DNA of 64,000 bases, taken from positions 32,001-96,000 of the forward strand of contig CBDDDG010000002.1 of the NCBI GenBank assembly GCA_965226555.1. Direction: 5' to 3'. Positions within the stretch are counted from its first letter, which is position 1; each line of letters opens with the position of its first letter. The notes beneath the pieces were generated by a model. It had not been told where the DNA came from. It searched no databases and was given only the letters and a program-made list of their open reading frames with translations. This document shows, one piece after another, positions 1 to 9,725 of the stretch. Source of the stretch: Salinispira sp. (GTDB lineage: Bacteria > Spirochaetota > Spirochaetia > DSM-27196 > Salinispiraceae). Position numbers and translations under genes: made by a program.

Positions 1-753
1 GCCAATGGCAAAAAACAGACCGCTTGCCGGAATTATCTCTTCCTCACCGCTCACATTACTGCAAATCTTTACCTTTCCCAGCACAGGCTGTCCGTTAAGC
101 TCTTCGGGAATTGCTTCCAGGGCATTGGTATTCCAATGAATGTGTATTTTGGGATTGTGGAGAATGCGCTTCTGCATGGTCTTGCTCGCCCGCAGGACAT
201 TGCGCCGTACCAGCACATGAACGATACTTCCAAATTTCGTAAGGTAGGTGGATTCTTCACAGGCAGAATCGCCGCCGCCGATAACAACAAGCGGTTTGTC
301 CCGAAAAATGGGCAGGGCGCCATCGCAGACCGCGCAGGCAGATATGCCCTTCTGCCAGAGTTCCTCTCCGCCGATAATATCGAGCTTCTTTGCCGTTGCT
401 CCGGTGGCAATGATAATTGTTTCGGCACAATACTCTTCGTCATCGACAATTACCTTCTTCGGTTCAGCGGTAAGATCGACACTGGTCACTGTTTCGGTAA
501 GAATTCGGGCGCCGTAGCGGACACTCTGCGCGCGCATCGCATCCATAAGATTCGGGCCGGAAATGCTTTCGGGAAATCCGGGGAAATTTTCAACATCGGT
601 TGTCGTTGTGAGCTGTCCGCCGGCGGCAACTCCCCCCGCCAGAAAGCCCTCAAACATGAGCGGTTCAAGATTCGCGCGCGCCGCGTAGATCGCCGCAGTG
701 TGTCCTGCCGGACCGCTCCCGATAATTATGACCTTTTCATGTGTATCGCTCAT
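1..753 (-). CDS. trxB: Thioredoxin-disulfide reductase (3' end runs off window)
   Basis: Manual translation from ATG 753: MSDTHEKVIIIGSGPAGHTAAIYAARA...GGQLTTTTDVENFPGF...SACAVCDG...GGGDSACEE; absent from ORF track because no stop in window. Confidence 0.95.
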   Translation of the reverse strand, partial: MSDTHEKVIIIGSGPAGHTAAIYAARANLEPLMFEGFLAGGVAAGGQLTTTTDVENFPGFPESISGPNLMDAMRAQSVRYGARILTETVTSVDLTAEPKKVIVDDEEYCAETIIIATGATAKKLDIIGGEELWQKGISACAVCDGALPIFRDKPLVVIGGGDSACEESTYLTKFGSIVHVLVRRNVLRASKTMQKRILHNPKIHIHWNTNALEAIPEELNGQPVLGKVKICSNVSGEEEIIPASGLFFAIG

Positions 754-1367
754 GTTTCTCCCCCCACTTCAGCCTGATGAGCAATGATAAAATCAATAAG
801 CTCATTCAGCTCAACATTGATGCGCTCAGAAGAATCTTCAATATCCGCTCGATTCACCTGCGCGGCAAACCTCTTATCTTTGAGCTTTTTCCTGACCGAC
901 TGCGCCTTCATGCCACCGTATCCTTCAGGACGCACCAAACTTACCGCATGAATAAAGCCGCTGAGTTCATCGAAGGCGTAGAGCATTTTATCCATATCGT
1001 TCTGCGGCTCAACACCGAAGAAGGCCGGAGAATGAGATGCAATGGCATGGAGAATTTCAGCATCCACTTCCTCTTTCTCAAGATATTCGATAATCCGGCG
1101 GCAATGCTCATTCGGCCATTGATCCCAGTCGGCATCGTGAAGAAGTCCGGAAATCTTCCATTTGAGAACATCTGCGTCTCCAAGACCACGCTTTTCCTTC
1201 GCCCACGCAGCCATAAGACTCCCAACCTGTACACAGTGAAGCCGGAGGCGGGGGTTTTTGACCCACTCTGCAAGAAGGGCCCGCGCCCATTTTTCGGAGG
1301 GAACAGCGCCGTTTTCCGATCTAAAGGTTTGTCTACCAAGATTATGCGATAATTGTTGTTCGTTCAT
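750..1367 (-). CDS. HD-domain metal-dependent phosphohydrolase
   Basis: LRLHC...GLLHDADW...AIASH...YAFDELSG motifs; ATG 1367 preferred (TATACT 7 nt upstream); 4-bp overlap with trxB. Confidence 0.8.
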   Translation of the reverse strand: MNEQQLSHNLGRQTFRSENGAVPSEKWARALLAEWVKNPRLRLHCVQVGSLMAAWAKEKRGLGDADVLKWKISGLLHDADWDQWPNEHCRRIIEYLEKEEVDAEILHAIASHSPAFFGVEPQNDMDKMLYAFDELSGFIHAVSLVRPEGYGGMKAQSVRKKLKDKRFAAQVNRADIEDSSERINVELNELIDFIIAHQAEVGGET

Positions 1368-1425
1368 GTGATGTAGTATACCGGAAATGGAAGTGTTGTG
1401 CCAGCGCCAGCTCCATGCCACGCGC

Positions 1426-2151
1426 TCAGCTTTTCTGCTTCTGCATCTGCTTCTGCTTCTTCCTCGCATTCTTCACAATTTCCCGAACAATATGTCCATG
1501 GGTGTTCAGGGCTCTCCTGCCTTCCGGAGAAAGAGCGTAGCGCCCCCGCGCCGGATGAATAAACCAGCCGTAAACATTACGTGAAAGTATGGTGCCTGTG
1601 CGGGGAGGCAGGCCCTGTTCACGGAGATGAGCCGGAGAACTTTCCCCCAAGTCCGCAAGCATGTGGACAATATACAGGGACTGCTGCTTATACGCGGTAA
1701 TTCTTTCCGTTTTAATCACTTCTCCAGATTTGTTGAATTCAGCGTAGCGGCCGTCAATTTCACGGATAATTGACTGGCGCATGGACGGGCGCTGCCGGGC
1801 ATAGATATCGCCGGGATGCAGGGCAATTTCAACACGGGTTCTGGTCTTGAGAAAGCGCACAAATATCAACCCGAGCCCAAGCCTCCGGAGAAGACGCTTT
1901 ATTGCCGTAAAATCGGCAGGATAGCTCCGCGACTTTCGGAGCGCAACGGCCATGTACACTGCATTACAAACCTCCTGACGCCCCACCGATTGCAGCAAAA
2001 GCCGAAGGCTCAGGCGCAGTTTTGTTTCAACAATTATCATTTCAGCGCCCTTTCGGGCAACAAGATCACAGTTTCGAACCTCGCCGTGCACAGAATACCC
2101 CTGTCCTTCCAGCCATTTTTTTATGGGGTGAAAAAGTTCTGTTTCCTTCAT
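1426..2151 (-). CDS. DUF2161-like putative PD-(D/E)XK protein
   Basis: MKETELFHPIKKWLEGQGYSVHGEV..CDLVA...IVETK; TAYKQ and ILSRNVYGWF...RGRYAL motifs. Confidence 0.75.
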   Translation of the reverse strand: MKETELFHPIKKWLEGQGYSVHGEVRNCDLVARKGAEMIIVETKLRLSLRLLLQSVGRQEVCNAVYMAVALRKSRSYPADFTAIKRLLRRLGLGLIFVRFLKTRTRVEIALHPGDIYARQRPSMRQSIIREIDGRYAEFNKSGEVIKTERITAYKQQSLYIVHMLADLGESSPAHLREQGLPPRTGTILSRNVYGWFIHPARGRYALSPEGRRALNTHGHIVREIVKNARKKQKQMQKQKS

Positions 2152-2238
2152 GCTTCTTGTACTCCGACTCCTGTTTATTGTATCATATCGGATTCTGATC
2201 CCCCGGGGAACACGTATGGAGATATTTACATAATCAAC

Positions 2239-2838
2239 ATGGCAAAAAAAAGGAACAAAAAACTGGCAGACAAACAGCCGCCGACCCTCAAAAAAATTAT
2301 TATTCAGACCCTTCTCTTTTTTCTGGCAACATTTCTTGTATACATTCTGATCATCATTTTCTTTCCTGAAGAAATACAACGGCTTGGAAGCTGGGCCATA
2401 GACAATTTCGGGCTGGTCGGTGTCTTTTTATTTATATACACCGTTGATACCTTCATTGTACCCGCCTCCGGCGACCTCATTTTTCCCTTTACCATGGGCT
2501 GGGATCCCATACCGCTCCTACTGACCATCTGTTTGGCTTCAATAATAGGCGGAATAAGCGGTTTTTTCATCGCACGAAAACTCTCACATCTGAAATCCAT
2601 TCAGGGCAGCGTGAAATACTATCGGGAACAGGGAGAATTTCTTATCAAAAAATATGGTATATGGGCAGTTGTCATAGCGGGGCTCACTCCAATACCCTAT
2701 TCCACCGTGAGCTGGATTGCGGGAATAATGGATATGCCCATACAGCAGTATCTTCTTGCCTCTCTCAGCCGCATTCCCCGCTTTGTTGTCGTCTATCTGC
2801 TTATACAGGGAGGGTTTAGCCTCGCCCAAGGCAGTTAG
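2239..2838 (+). CDS. YqaA/VTT (DedA-like) membrane protein
   Basis: Hydrophobic helices; YGIWAVVIAGLTPIPYS..SWIAG; SRIPRF. Confidence 0.8.
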   Translation: MAKKRNKKLADKQPPTLKKIIIQTLLFFLATFLVYILIIIFFPEEIQRLGSWAIDNFGLVGVFLFIYTVDTFIVPASGDLIFPFTMGWDPIPLLLTICLASIIGGISGFFIARKLSHLKSIQGSVKYYREQGEFLIKKYGIWAVVIAGLTPIPYSTVSWIAGIMDMPIQQYLLASLSRIPRFVVVYLLIQGGFSLAQGS

Positions 2839-2850
2839 TACAGCGGGCAG

Positions 2851-3573
2851 TTAGAATAGCCGGTAAGGGGTTACGACATCTGTATCGATAACAATGTTCA
2901 CTGTGGTGTATATGAGCCCGCTTTCAGGATATGACCTCGGCATGGAAAGCAGGGCGAGCCTGCCGCGTATAGACCGCGGCTTGTTCAATATGATGGCGCG
3001 GAAATGGCTGCGGAGCGCTTCTTTTACTGCCATTTCAAGGCTCTCCAAGCGGCTACGCAGATTTGCCCGATCGGGGCTGGCTGCCCCTCCGCTGCTGTTC
3101 GGGAAACGCGTGCTTCGCCATCCTTTCAAACGCGCAATTTCATAATCTTTTGTCAGATAACGGAAGGACATCTCAATTCTCCCATCGTTTTCAATATGTC
3201 CGATATATTTCAGACCGCTGTCGCCCCAGGGAATCTGATGAATTGGCTCCAGACTGAATATCTCCTCAACCTGCCGGAGATTATCCGATGGCTGATAATA
3301 AAAATTGAACCCATAGATCATGCCGGAAAACATCCGCCGGCTCAGCTCCAGAAGAATGAGAACGGACTCCTCAGTAGTCATCTCATCCGGAATCTGCTCA
3401 ATGAAGGGGGCATCGTAGGAACTCAGACGGCTCCGCTCAACCCAGAATTCTCCCTGAACCTGCGAAAAATCGGGGTACAGAGCCTCCTGGGCAGCAATTT
3501 CAACACGAAAACCGAGGAGAAGCAACCATGGGAGAAGGCAACGGAAAAATCCATCACGCCATCTCATCAGCAC
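2851..3573 (-). CDS. Hypothetical exported protein
   Basis: 240-aa ORF with signal-like N-terminus, co-oriented downstream of rhomboid gene. Confidence 0.65.
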   Translation of the reverse strand: MLMRWRDGFFRCLLPWLLLLGFRVEIAAQEALYPDFSQVQGEFWVERSRLSSYDAPFIEQIPDEMTTEESVLILLELSRRMFSGMIYGFNFYYQPSDNLRQVEEIFSLEPIHQIPWGDSGLKYIGHIENDGRIEMSFRYLTKDYEIARLKGWRSTRFPNSSGGAASPDRANLRSRLESLEMAVKEALRSHFRAIILNKPRSIRGRLALLSMPRSYPESGLIYTTVNIVIDTDVVTPYRLF

Positions 3574-3589
3574 AATCCATCACGCCATC

Positions 3590-4219
3590 TCATCGGCGCC
3601 ATTTATGTAAGGGATTGATCCCAAGGCGGATGATGAAGTACAGAAATGCAAACAACAGGCCGGCAAGATGCGTCATGTGGGCTACCGAACCATTCAGCCC
3701 GGTAATTTGATTGAATATGGCAAATACGGTAAAGATGATCACAAGCGTTACCGAGCGTACGGGAATGAGACCGAGTATAAACACCCGGGCATTCGGGTAG
3801 TAGGTCGCAAAGGCAAGCATAACTCCGTACAAAGCACCGCTCGCGCCCACAAGAAGTATATAGTACTGGCCTGAAGCCACATACACAACATATGAAAATA
3901 CTCCGGCGAGTACACCGGTAATGAGATAAAAGAAAAGAAATTCCCAACTTCCCATTTCCTGCTCGATCTGGCTCCCAAAGATAAAAAGCCCAACCATATT
4001 GAACAAAATGTGACCAGCGCTCGCATGGACAAACATATAACTCAGAAATGTCCAGACAAACCCCTTGTTCACCAGCAGAGGCCGCATGGCAAGGTATGCG
4101 ATGGCATTTTGCGAAATGCTTGTTATGAGAAATACAACAAGGTTTATAATGATGAGAATAACCGTAAAATTATATTGAACATATGAAAACGGTCTCTGAA
4201 TTGTTTGTTTTATGTCCAT
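3590..4219 (-). CDS. Rhomboid intramembrane serine protease
   Basis: HILFNM, GASG and AHMTHLAG motifs. Confidence 0.92.
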   Translation of the reverse strand: MDIKQTIQRPFSYVQYNFTVILIIINLVVFLITSISQNAIAYLAMRPLLVNKGFVWTFLSYMFVHASAGHILFNMVGLFIFGSQIEQEMGSWEFLFFYLITGVLAGVFSYVVYVASGQYYILLVGASGALYGVMLAFATYYPNARVFILGLIPVRSVTLVIIFTVFAIFNQITGLNGSVAHMTHLAGLLFAFLYFIIRLGINPLHKWRR

Positions 4220-4254
4220 GTATTCACCACAGCTCCCTGAAAGAATTACCGACA

Positions 4255-4297
4255 GAAATTTTTGCATTGATAAAATTTTGCCCGTGGCAAAACTTTC
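4255..4297. repeat. Partial copy of AT-rich palindromic element
   Basis: aaattttgcc-cgt-ggcaaaactttc hairpin, same module as 35619-35645. Confidence 0.55.
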
Positions 4298-4441
4298 CGA
4301 CAGTAAGAGTAAAGGATAACGAGTTATGGAACATTGGTCAAGAGACGGTTTCAGATATCTGCGAATTCACCTTTTGGTATGGACATTTGTTTCTGAATGA
4401 TTACACTAAAAGAAACTTTCTTTTGCTACTGGAAATTGATG

Positions 4442-4480
4442 TTTACATTCTTCTGCAATGTCGATATTATGTGCTATACT
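4442..4480 (+). promoter_or_regulatory. Putative sigma70 promoter of surface lipoprotein gene (related copy at 32010-32050)
   Basis: TTTACA-N17-TATTAT plus TGcTATACT; TTGACA-N18-TATTAT in the second copy. Confidence 0.5.
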
Positions 4481-5995
4481 CTAAGAAAGACTTCAATTGG
4501 AGGTAATGTATGCAGATTGTAAGCATTAACCAAAAAACAAGAAACCTTTCTACGCCCTCTGTGCTGTGGGGTTTTCTTATCATACTGACAGTGCTCATAG
4601 CGGCCTGCCCAATGCCGGAACCGGAACCAATTACGGAACCGGAGCCCATGGACATGGATACATCGCCCTTAATAGGCGTGTGGACCGCGGATGGTTATAC
4701 CATAGAATTCACCGCCACAACGTACATAGACAAGTTTTCGGGTTTGACCTGTGATTACACGGATAACGGAAACTCAATTACGTTCAGTAATTGTATGGGA
4801 TTAGAAGGAGCGGAAAACCTTAATGGGGCAACGGTAGAGTATACCATTGATGGAGATACCTTAACATTTGATGGCACTGCCTATACCCGGCAGAATTCAG
4901 ATGTACCTGAACCAACCGTGCCGGGCACCATGGCTGCTCCAACCTTTGAAGTGGGGAATAAGCAACTAACGGTTAACTGGACTCCGCCGGAAGAAACCGG
5001 CGATAGTGAAATTACCGCGTACCATGTGCAGCACAAACAAAGCAACGGAGAATGGCCAGCGGACGACACCGCCGCTATTACTCCTCCTACCTCACGCTCC
5101 ACCATCATTACAGGGCTGACAAACGGCAACCCCTACGATGTGCGGCTGCGCGCGGTCAATGCGCAGGGTTCGGGGAACTGGTCGGAATCTTCCACAGAAA
5201 CCCCTATTACCGTTTCCTTGGCGCCGACTGCGTTCATGCTCACAGCGGGAAATACGACAATTACCGCAACATGGGCTGCACCGACCGATACTGGCGACAG
5301 CGCCATTATTCGCTATGAACTGCAACATCGCGAAGTTGGAACAAGCACGTGGGAAGCTACTGTTTCTATTGCTGTGTATGCCAACCACACCTACACCCAC
5401 CTCATCCCCAACCTGACAAACGGCACCGAGTACGAGGTGCGGGTCTACGCTGTCAATACAGAGGGCAATGGCAACCCAGCGACTGGCACCGCAACCCCCG
5501 AAATCCCCGCTACCGTTCCCAGCGCTCCGAATGCTCCTACGCTCACAGCCGGAAACACCGAACTTGAGGTAGCATGGACAGCGCCCGATGATGACGGTGG
5601 CAGCGCCATTACCGGGTACAAAGTGCAACACAGAGTAAACACCGCCAGCGAATGGTTAACGTCCGACACAGCGAACATCGACACTATTACTGATGGTACT
5701 GCTACAAGCTCCACCATTACCGGGCTGACAAACGGCAATAGTTACGATGTACGGGTGCGCGCCGTCAACGCTGTGGGTGATGGCGGCTGGTCGGTATCTG
5801 CCACTCTAACCCTTTCTACTGCTCCCGCCGCTCCAACCGGTCTGACGCTCGTACCAGTGCACCAATCTATTACAGCCGCATGGACAGCGCCGAATAACAA
5901 CGGCGGCAGTGCCATTACCGGGTATGACCTGCAGTTTCGCGTATCCGCAGCAGCTCTGGTAGAGGGCGACTGGCAGACCGAAACTACTACTAATA

Positions 5996-7335
5996 GAAAC
6001 CTTTGAATAACTCCATTATATCTGCCGGTAGTCTTTTTTCCACGCAGAAAAAATTATTCATCGTTTTTCACGTTATTCTCTTCAGCATCCTCCGTCTTTT
6101 TTCGGCGCGATACGCGCTATATTCGTTCTTTTTTTCATCTTTTTTCAGTATTTCCCTCATTTCCGGCAGCAGTACCGCCATAAGGGCACAGCTATCCTGT
6201 TGTTATGCCGCAACCGCAGAGTTTTCCGGCGCCATGTTCCCCATTCGCCGTTTCATGCCGATCATCTGTTTCAGATTATACATAATCGCCATACACATAA
6301 ACCGACTCTGATTCCTCTGAACTCCCATATACCGCGCCTTTCTTGCGCCGCAATGGAGTTTGCTCAGCCCAAAAAACCGCTCCACCGTATTCCTTACGCG
6401 CGACCGCCCGTAATTCGCCTGCTTCTGCTCATCGGTTAACGGTGTGTTCCGATACGCCCGCTCATGTATTTGATTCTCTATGCCCATCTCCTCAAGCATC
6501 GCAGCAATCGCTTTACTCCGGTACGCGGCATCCGCGTACACCACCGTCTCATTTCCCATAATCAATTCGCCAAATAGTTTGCTGTCATGAATATTGGCCG
6601 CAGTCACCAGCAGTTTCTTCGCCCGTCCCTTCTCATTTACCGTCACGTGTATCTTGAAACCGTAGGTTGTTCGTACCGTTCCATCGCCTCCCTTCTTACT
6701 CGCGTAGGCCGCTTCAGGATCCTGTGTCGATTCTCCTGCGTCATTTTTTTTCTTCCGATGCCGCGAAGCCTGTATGACACTCGCATCAATTATGCTGACT
6801 GTGCCCCGGTGCACTTCACAATCCTGCGTGTCCAACTGCGCATTCACCGTGTCCAAGAGCGCACTGAGAATATTCTTACGGGTCAGTTGTTCCCGAAACC
6901 GCCATATCGTGGAATGATCGGGAGTATCATCGAGAACATTGAGCCCCACAAAACGCTTGTATGCCAAGTCGCAGGCAAGCGCATTTTCCATGCCTTCATC
7001 GCTGAGATTCTGCCACGATTGCAGCAACAGCACTTTGAACATCATAACCGGATGATATCCTTTCGCGCCCATCGATTTGTTGTTGATAGCACAGAGCATC
7101 TCCCCAATTTCCTTCCAATTGATCAGTTCATACAGGCTATCGAAGCGTTTCAGCGCTTTACTTTCCTGAATACCCTGATTGATCAGCGATCCATGATGTT
7201 CTTTCCAATTATTTCCCATTGTGTTCTCCTGTTTCAGCGCCGGACAGCGCGCAATACAACCCGATTGCTCATTCCCAGCTCTCTGTGTGAATTTTCTTCA
7301 AAATACCATTATTCCCGATGATGTGCAAAGGTTTC
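5996..7335 (-). mobile_element. IS5-family (IS1106-like) insertion sequence
   Basis: Terminal IRs gaaacctttgaata / tgtgcaaaggtttc; encloses DDE transposase. Confidence 0.9.
6203..7219 (-). CDS. IS5-family DDE transposase
   Basis: PDHSTIWRFR, IIDASVI, YGFKIH, VYADAAY, RNTVERFFG. Confidence 0.95.
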   Translation of the reverse strand: MGNNWKEHHGSLINQGIQESKALKRFDSLYELINWKEIGEMLCAINNKSMGAKGYHPVMMFKVLLLQSWQNLSDEGMENALACDLAYKRFVGLNVLDDTPDHSTIWRFREQLTRKNILSALLDTVNAQLDTQDCEVHRGTVSIIDASVIQASRHRKKKNDAGESTQDPEAAYASKKGGDGTVRTTYGFKIHVTVNEKGRAKKLLVTAANIHDSKLFGELIMGNETVVYADAAYRSKAIAAMLEEMGIENQIHERAYRNTPLTDEQKQANYGRSRVRNTVERFFGLSKLHCGARKARYMGVQRNQSRFMCMAIMYNLKQMIGMKRRMGNMAPENSAVAA

Positions 7336-7829
7336 AAGTAATACAAGCTACCGCATTACGGCATTGAAAGACAGTACCGCGCTGGCAAACGGCACCGCGT
7401 ATAATGTGGAAGTATGGGTTCGCGCACAGAACGCGGCGGGCGATGGCGCGTGGCTGAAATCGACTCCTTCTGCCTCGGTAACTCCTGCTGATGTTGTTCC
7501 CAACAAGCCCGCACCTCCAACACTTACATTAGATAGTACGGGTGGATTTACTATTGCATGGACAGCGCCGACCGACAATGGCGGCAGTGCCATTACCGCG
7601 TATCAACTGCGATTGAGCGTAAATGATGCAGACTGGACTGAAAGTGCTATTTTGAACGTTATCTTGAGCACATATAATGCTTCAAGCAATACTAACTCAG
7701 GCGACACATACGTGATGCAAGTACGTGCCATTAACGCTACGGGTAATAGTGAGTGGTCGGAATCGTCTAATACGCTTACTATTCCATAACTGCACGCTGT
7801 AGACGCCGGCGCGGTACATGAGTGAGCGC

Positions 7830-7908
7830 GCCGGCTGGTCGGAGGCTCGCGCCTCCTGGGCTGGTCGCGCTTCCGCGCTGCTCGCCCGGGCATCCGGCTT
7901 GCCATGCG
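7830..7908. repeat. GC-rich REP-like repeat cluster
   Basis: ggctggtcggaggctcgcgcctcc and ctcgcccgggcatccgg motifs shared with 9505-9700 and other island junctions. Confidence 0.7.
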
Positions 7909-8069
7909 GCTGTTGCTGTGGTGCTGGCAAATTGAATTGAACACAGGAGTTGCAGCGCGAAAACCCGCGTTGCAGCTCCTGTATGTATGCGGGCAGCGCA
8001 AACTGCAAAAATTCTGCAAAATTTTCTCAGTACATCATTCACCATGCGCGCATACCCCGTTTATGTGGT

Positions 8070-8240
8070 ATGAGCGAAAAATATATAGGCATGGTGCACG
8101 ATCAAAGCTGGAAATATGCTTTTGAAAATCCTCAGATATTCCGGGATTTCATCCATTCATACTTCAACAAGGACCTCGCGCGGAGGATTTTCCCCGGGGG
8201 CGTGGAGCGTATCGACACAGAGCATACCAGCCCCCATTCC
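8070..8240 (+). pseudogene. Truncated N-terminus of a further Rpn-like gene, forming part of the cassette leader
   Basis: MSEKYIGMVHDQSWKYAFENPQIFRDFIHSYF resembles Rpn N-terminal HD..F...P..DF motif; recurs degraded before other Rpn copies. Confidence 0.55.
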
Positions 8241-8574
8241 CGACTCCCCGAAAAAAATCACAACATTCTTTCAAAAAACATAGTCAAAAATGACATTTTA
8301 CCCGTCACAGATGTAGGAGGAAAATGTATGAAAAAATCATCCCACAGCACAGGCCACATCCACGACATAGCCTTCAAGATCGCCTACAAAAACCCCCGGA
8401 TGATTCCCGACCTACTGCGGCTGTTCTGTGAGGATACAACGCTTACCAAGCTGGACATGGACAAAATCCGCATTGAAACCCCCAGCTACATTGCAGGAAA
8501 AAAGAACCTTCACTGCGATCTCGTTGTCAGCGCCCCCTTCCTGTCAGACCCCGACCGGAAAGCCCTTTTTATTA

Positions 8575-8701
8575 CTGAAAATTTTGCTCCGCAAAATTTT
8601 CCAATGAGGATTCTCTTATCTATACTCTTGATTCTCTCACGGTATAGAAAGTTTTGCCTTGGAAAATTGTGCAAGCACAATTTCCAGTAGCAAAACTTTC
8701 G
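8575..8701. mobile_element. 127-bp palindromic MITE-like element flanked by TA duplication
   Basis: TA at 8573-8574 and 8702-8703; ends ctgaaaattttgc / gcaaaactttcg; two internal hairpins. Confidence 0.8.
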
Positions 8702-9203
8702 TATTGAACACAAAAGCTACCAGCACAAACATGCGCTCACTCAGATTGATAATTATCAGCATGCCCTCAGAAACAGCAATGTGTATAATGAAAATGATGC
8801 TATCTATATACTTCTGTTCTACCACGGAAAAAAGGAATGGAACCTCCCACGCTCATTTTACAGTTCACATGGAAATCCAACCTCCGAATCCCTTACCGAA
8901 GGCACGGTGGATGTCAAGGTGAAAGTGTCGTACATTGTGCGCGATCTGAGGCGAATGGACAAGAAGCAGTTGGCATTGCGCTCCGATGAAAAACGATATA
9001 CATCGACTGCATTGTGGTATATTATGAGAGATAATGAGATGGACACTGAGGGGCTGAAAGAGATTGCGCAGCTCCTGAACGGTCTGTCATCACAAGACTT
9101 TACTGATCTGGCAGAAAGTGTGTTAGGCTATCTAAAAGATTTGGGACTGTATGAACAGTTTGAGAAAATTAACAGGGAACTGTACCCTGAAGGAGAAAAC
9201 AGT

Positions 9204-9482
9204 ATGCGGACATATAACATGACCAACGCCTTCGTCAGGGAAGGCATTGCGAAGGGCCGGATTGAGGGTCTTGAACAGGGAATGGAGAAAGGTATTCTGA
9301 AAGGCCTTGAGCAAGGACAAGCTGAGAACCAGCGTGAGATTGCATTCAAAATGCTCAGGAAGGGTATGTCGATGGATATTATTCATGAGTTAACCGAGCT
9401 CAGCGAAGATGAAATTCGAGCATTTCAGAAAAACGGCCAGAAAAATGGCAGGGGAAACGGTAGGAAAAACGATAAAGAGTAG
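9204..9482 (+). CDS. Putative internally initiated RpnS-like small protein (92 aa)
   Basis: AAGGAG-N8-ATG in frame within Rpn gene. Confidence 0.6.
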   Translation: MRTYNMTNAFVREGIAKGRIEGLEQGMEKGILKGLEQGQAENQREIAFKMLRKGMSMDIIHELTELSEDEIRAFQKNGQKNGRGNGRKNDKE

Positions 9483-9512
9483 CAACGCAGCCACGTCGGC
9501 GTTGCGCCTCCT

Positions 9513-9645
9513 GGGCTGGTCGGAGGCTTGCGCCTCCTGCTCGCCATGCGTCCGGGCTGGTCGGAGGCTTGCGCCTCCTGCTCGCCATGCGTCCGGGCTG
9601 GTCGGAGGCTTGCGCCTCCTGCTCGCCATGCGTCCGGGCTGGTCG
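9513..9645. repeat. Tandem 41-bp GC-rich repeat (3 identical units + partial)
   Basis: gggctggtcggaggcttgcgcctcctgctcgccatgcgtcc at 9513, 9554, 9595; internal hairpin GGAGGC-ttgc-GCCTCC. Confidence 0.9.
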
Positions 9646-9725
9646 CGCTCCGCGCTGCTCGCCCGGGCATCCGGTTCGCCATGCATCCGGGGCTGGTCGG
9701 GGTAGATTAAAAAGTAATATTCCAT

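Larger units (their letters stand above)
4510..7789 (+). pseudogene. FN3-repeat surface lipoprotein (5 FN3 domains) split by IS5-family element
   Basis: Lipobox LIAAC, FN3 motifs (WTAP...GGSAITGY...VRAVN); 4th FN3 broken at 5995 and resumes ~7337 (..TSYRITALKD); ORFs 4510-6006 and 7364-7789. Confidence 0.88.
8328..9482 (+). pseudogene. Rpn-family PD-(D/E)XK nuclease type A, with in-frame 129-bp insert carrying TAG
   Basis: HDIAFK, CDLV, IEHKSY, LFYHGKKEW, EGLEQGMEKG repeats; removing insert gives 341-aa ORF. Confidence 0.85.

Noticed and set aside
136..777. 213-aa plus-strand ORF and similar long ORFs (741-1352, 13859-14653, 33776-34390, 62929-63903)
   Set aside because: Antisense shadows of recognisable genes on the opposite strand.
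8688..8690. Genome-wide TAG reassignment or pyrrolysine
   Set aside because: TAG ends ordinary genes here (2838, 25941, 34417, 61566); no pyl genes or suppressor tRNA seen. Only local read-through remains possible.
9513..9645. CRISPR array
   Set aside because: Units are contiguous and identical with no unique spacers; no cas genes.
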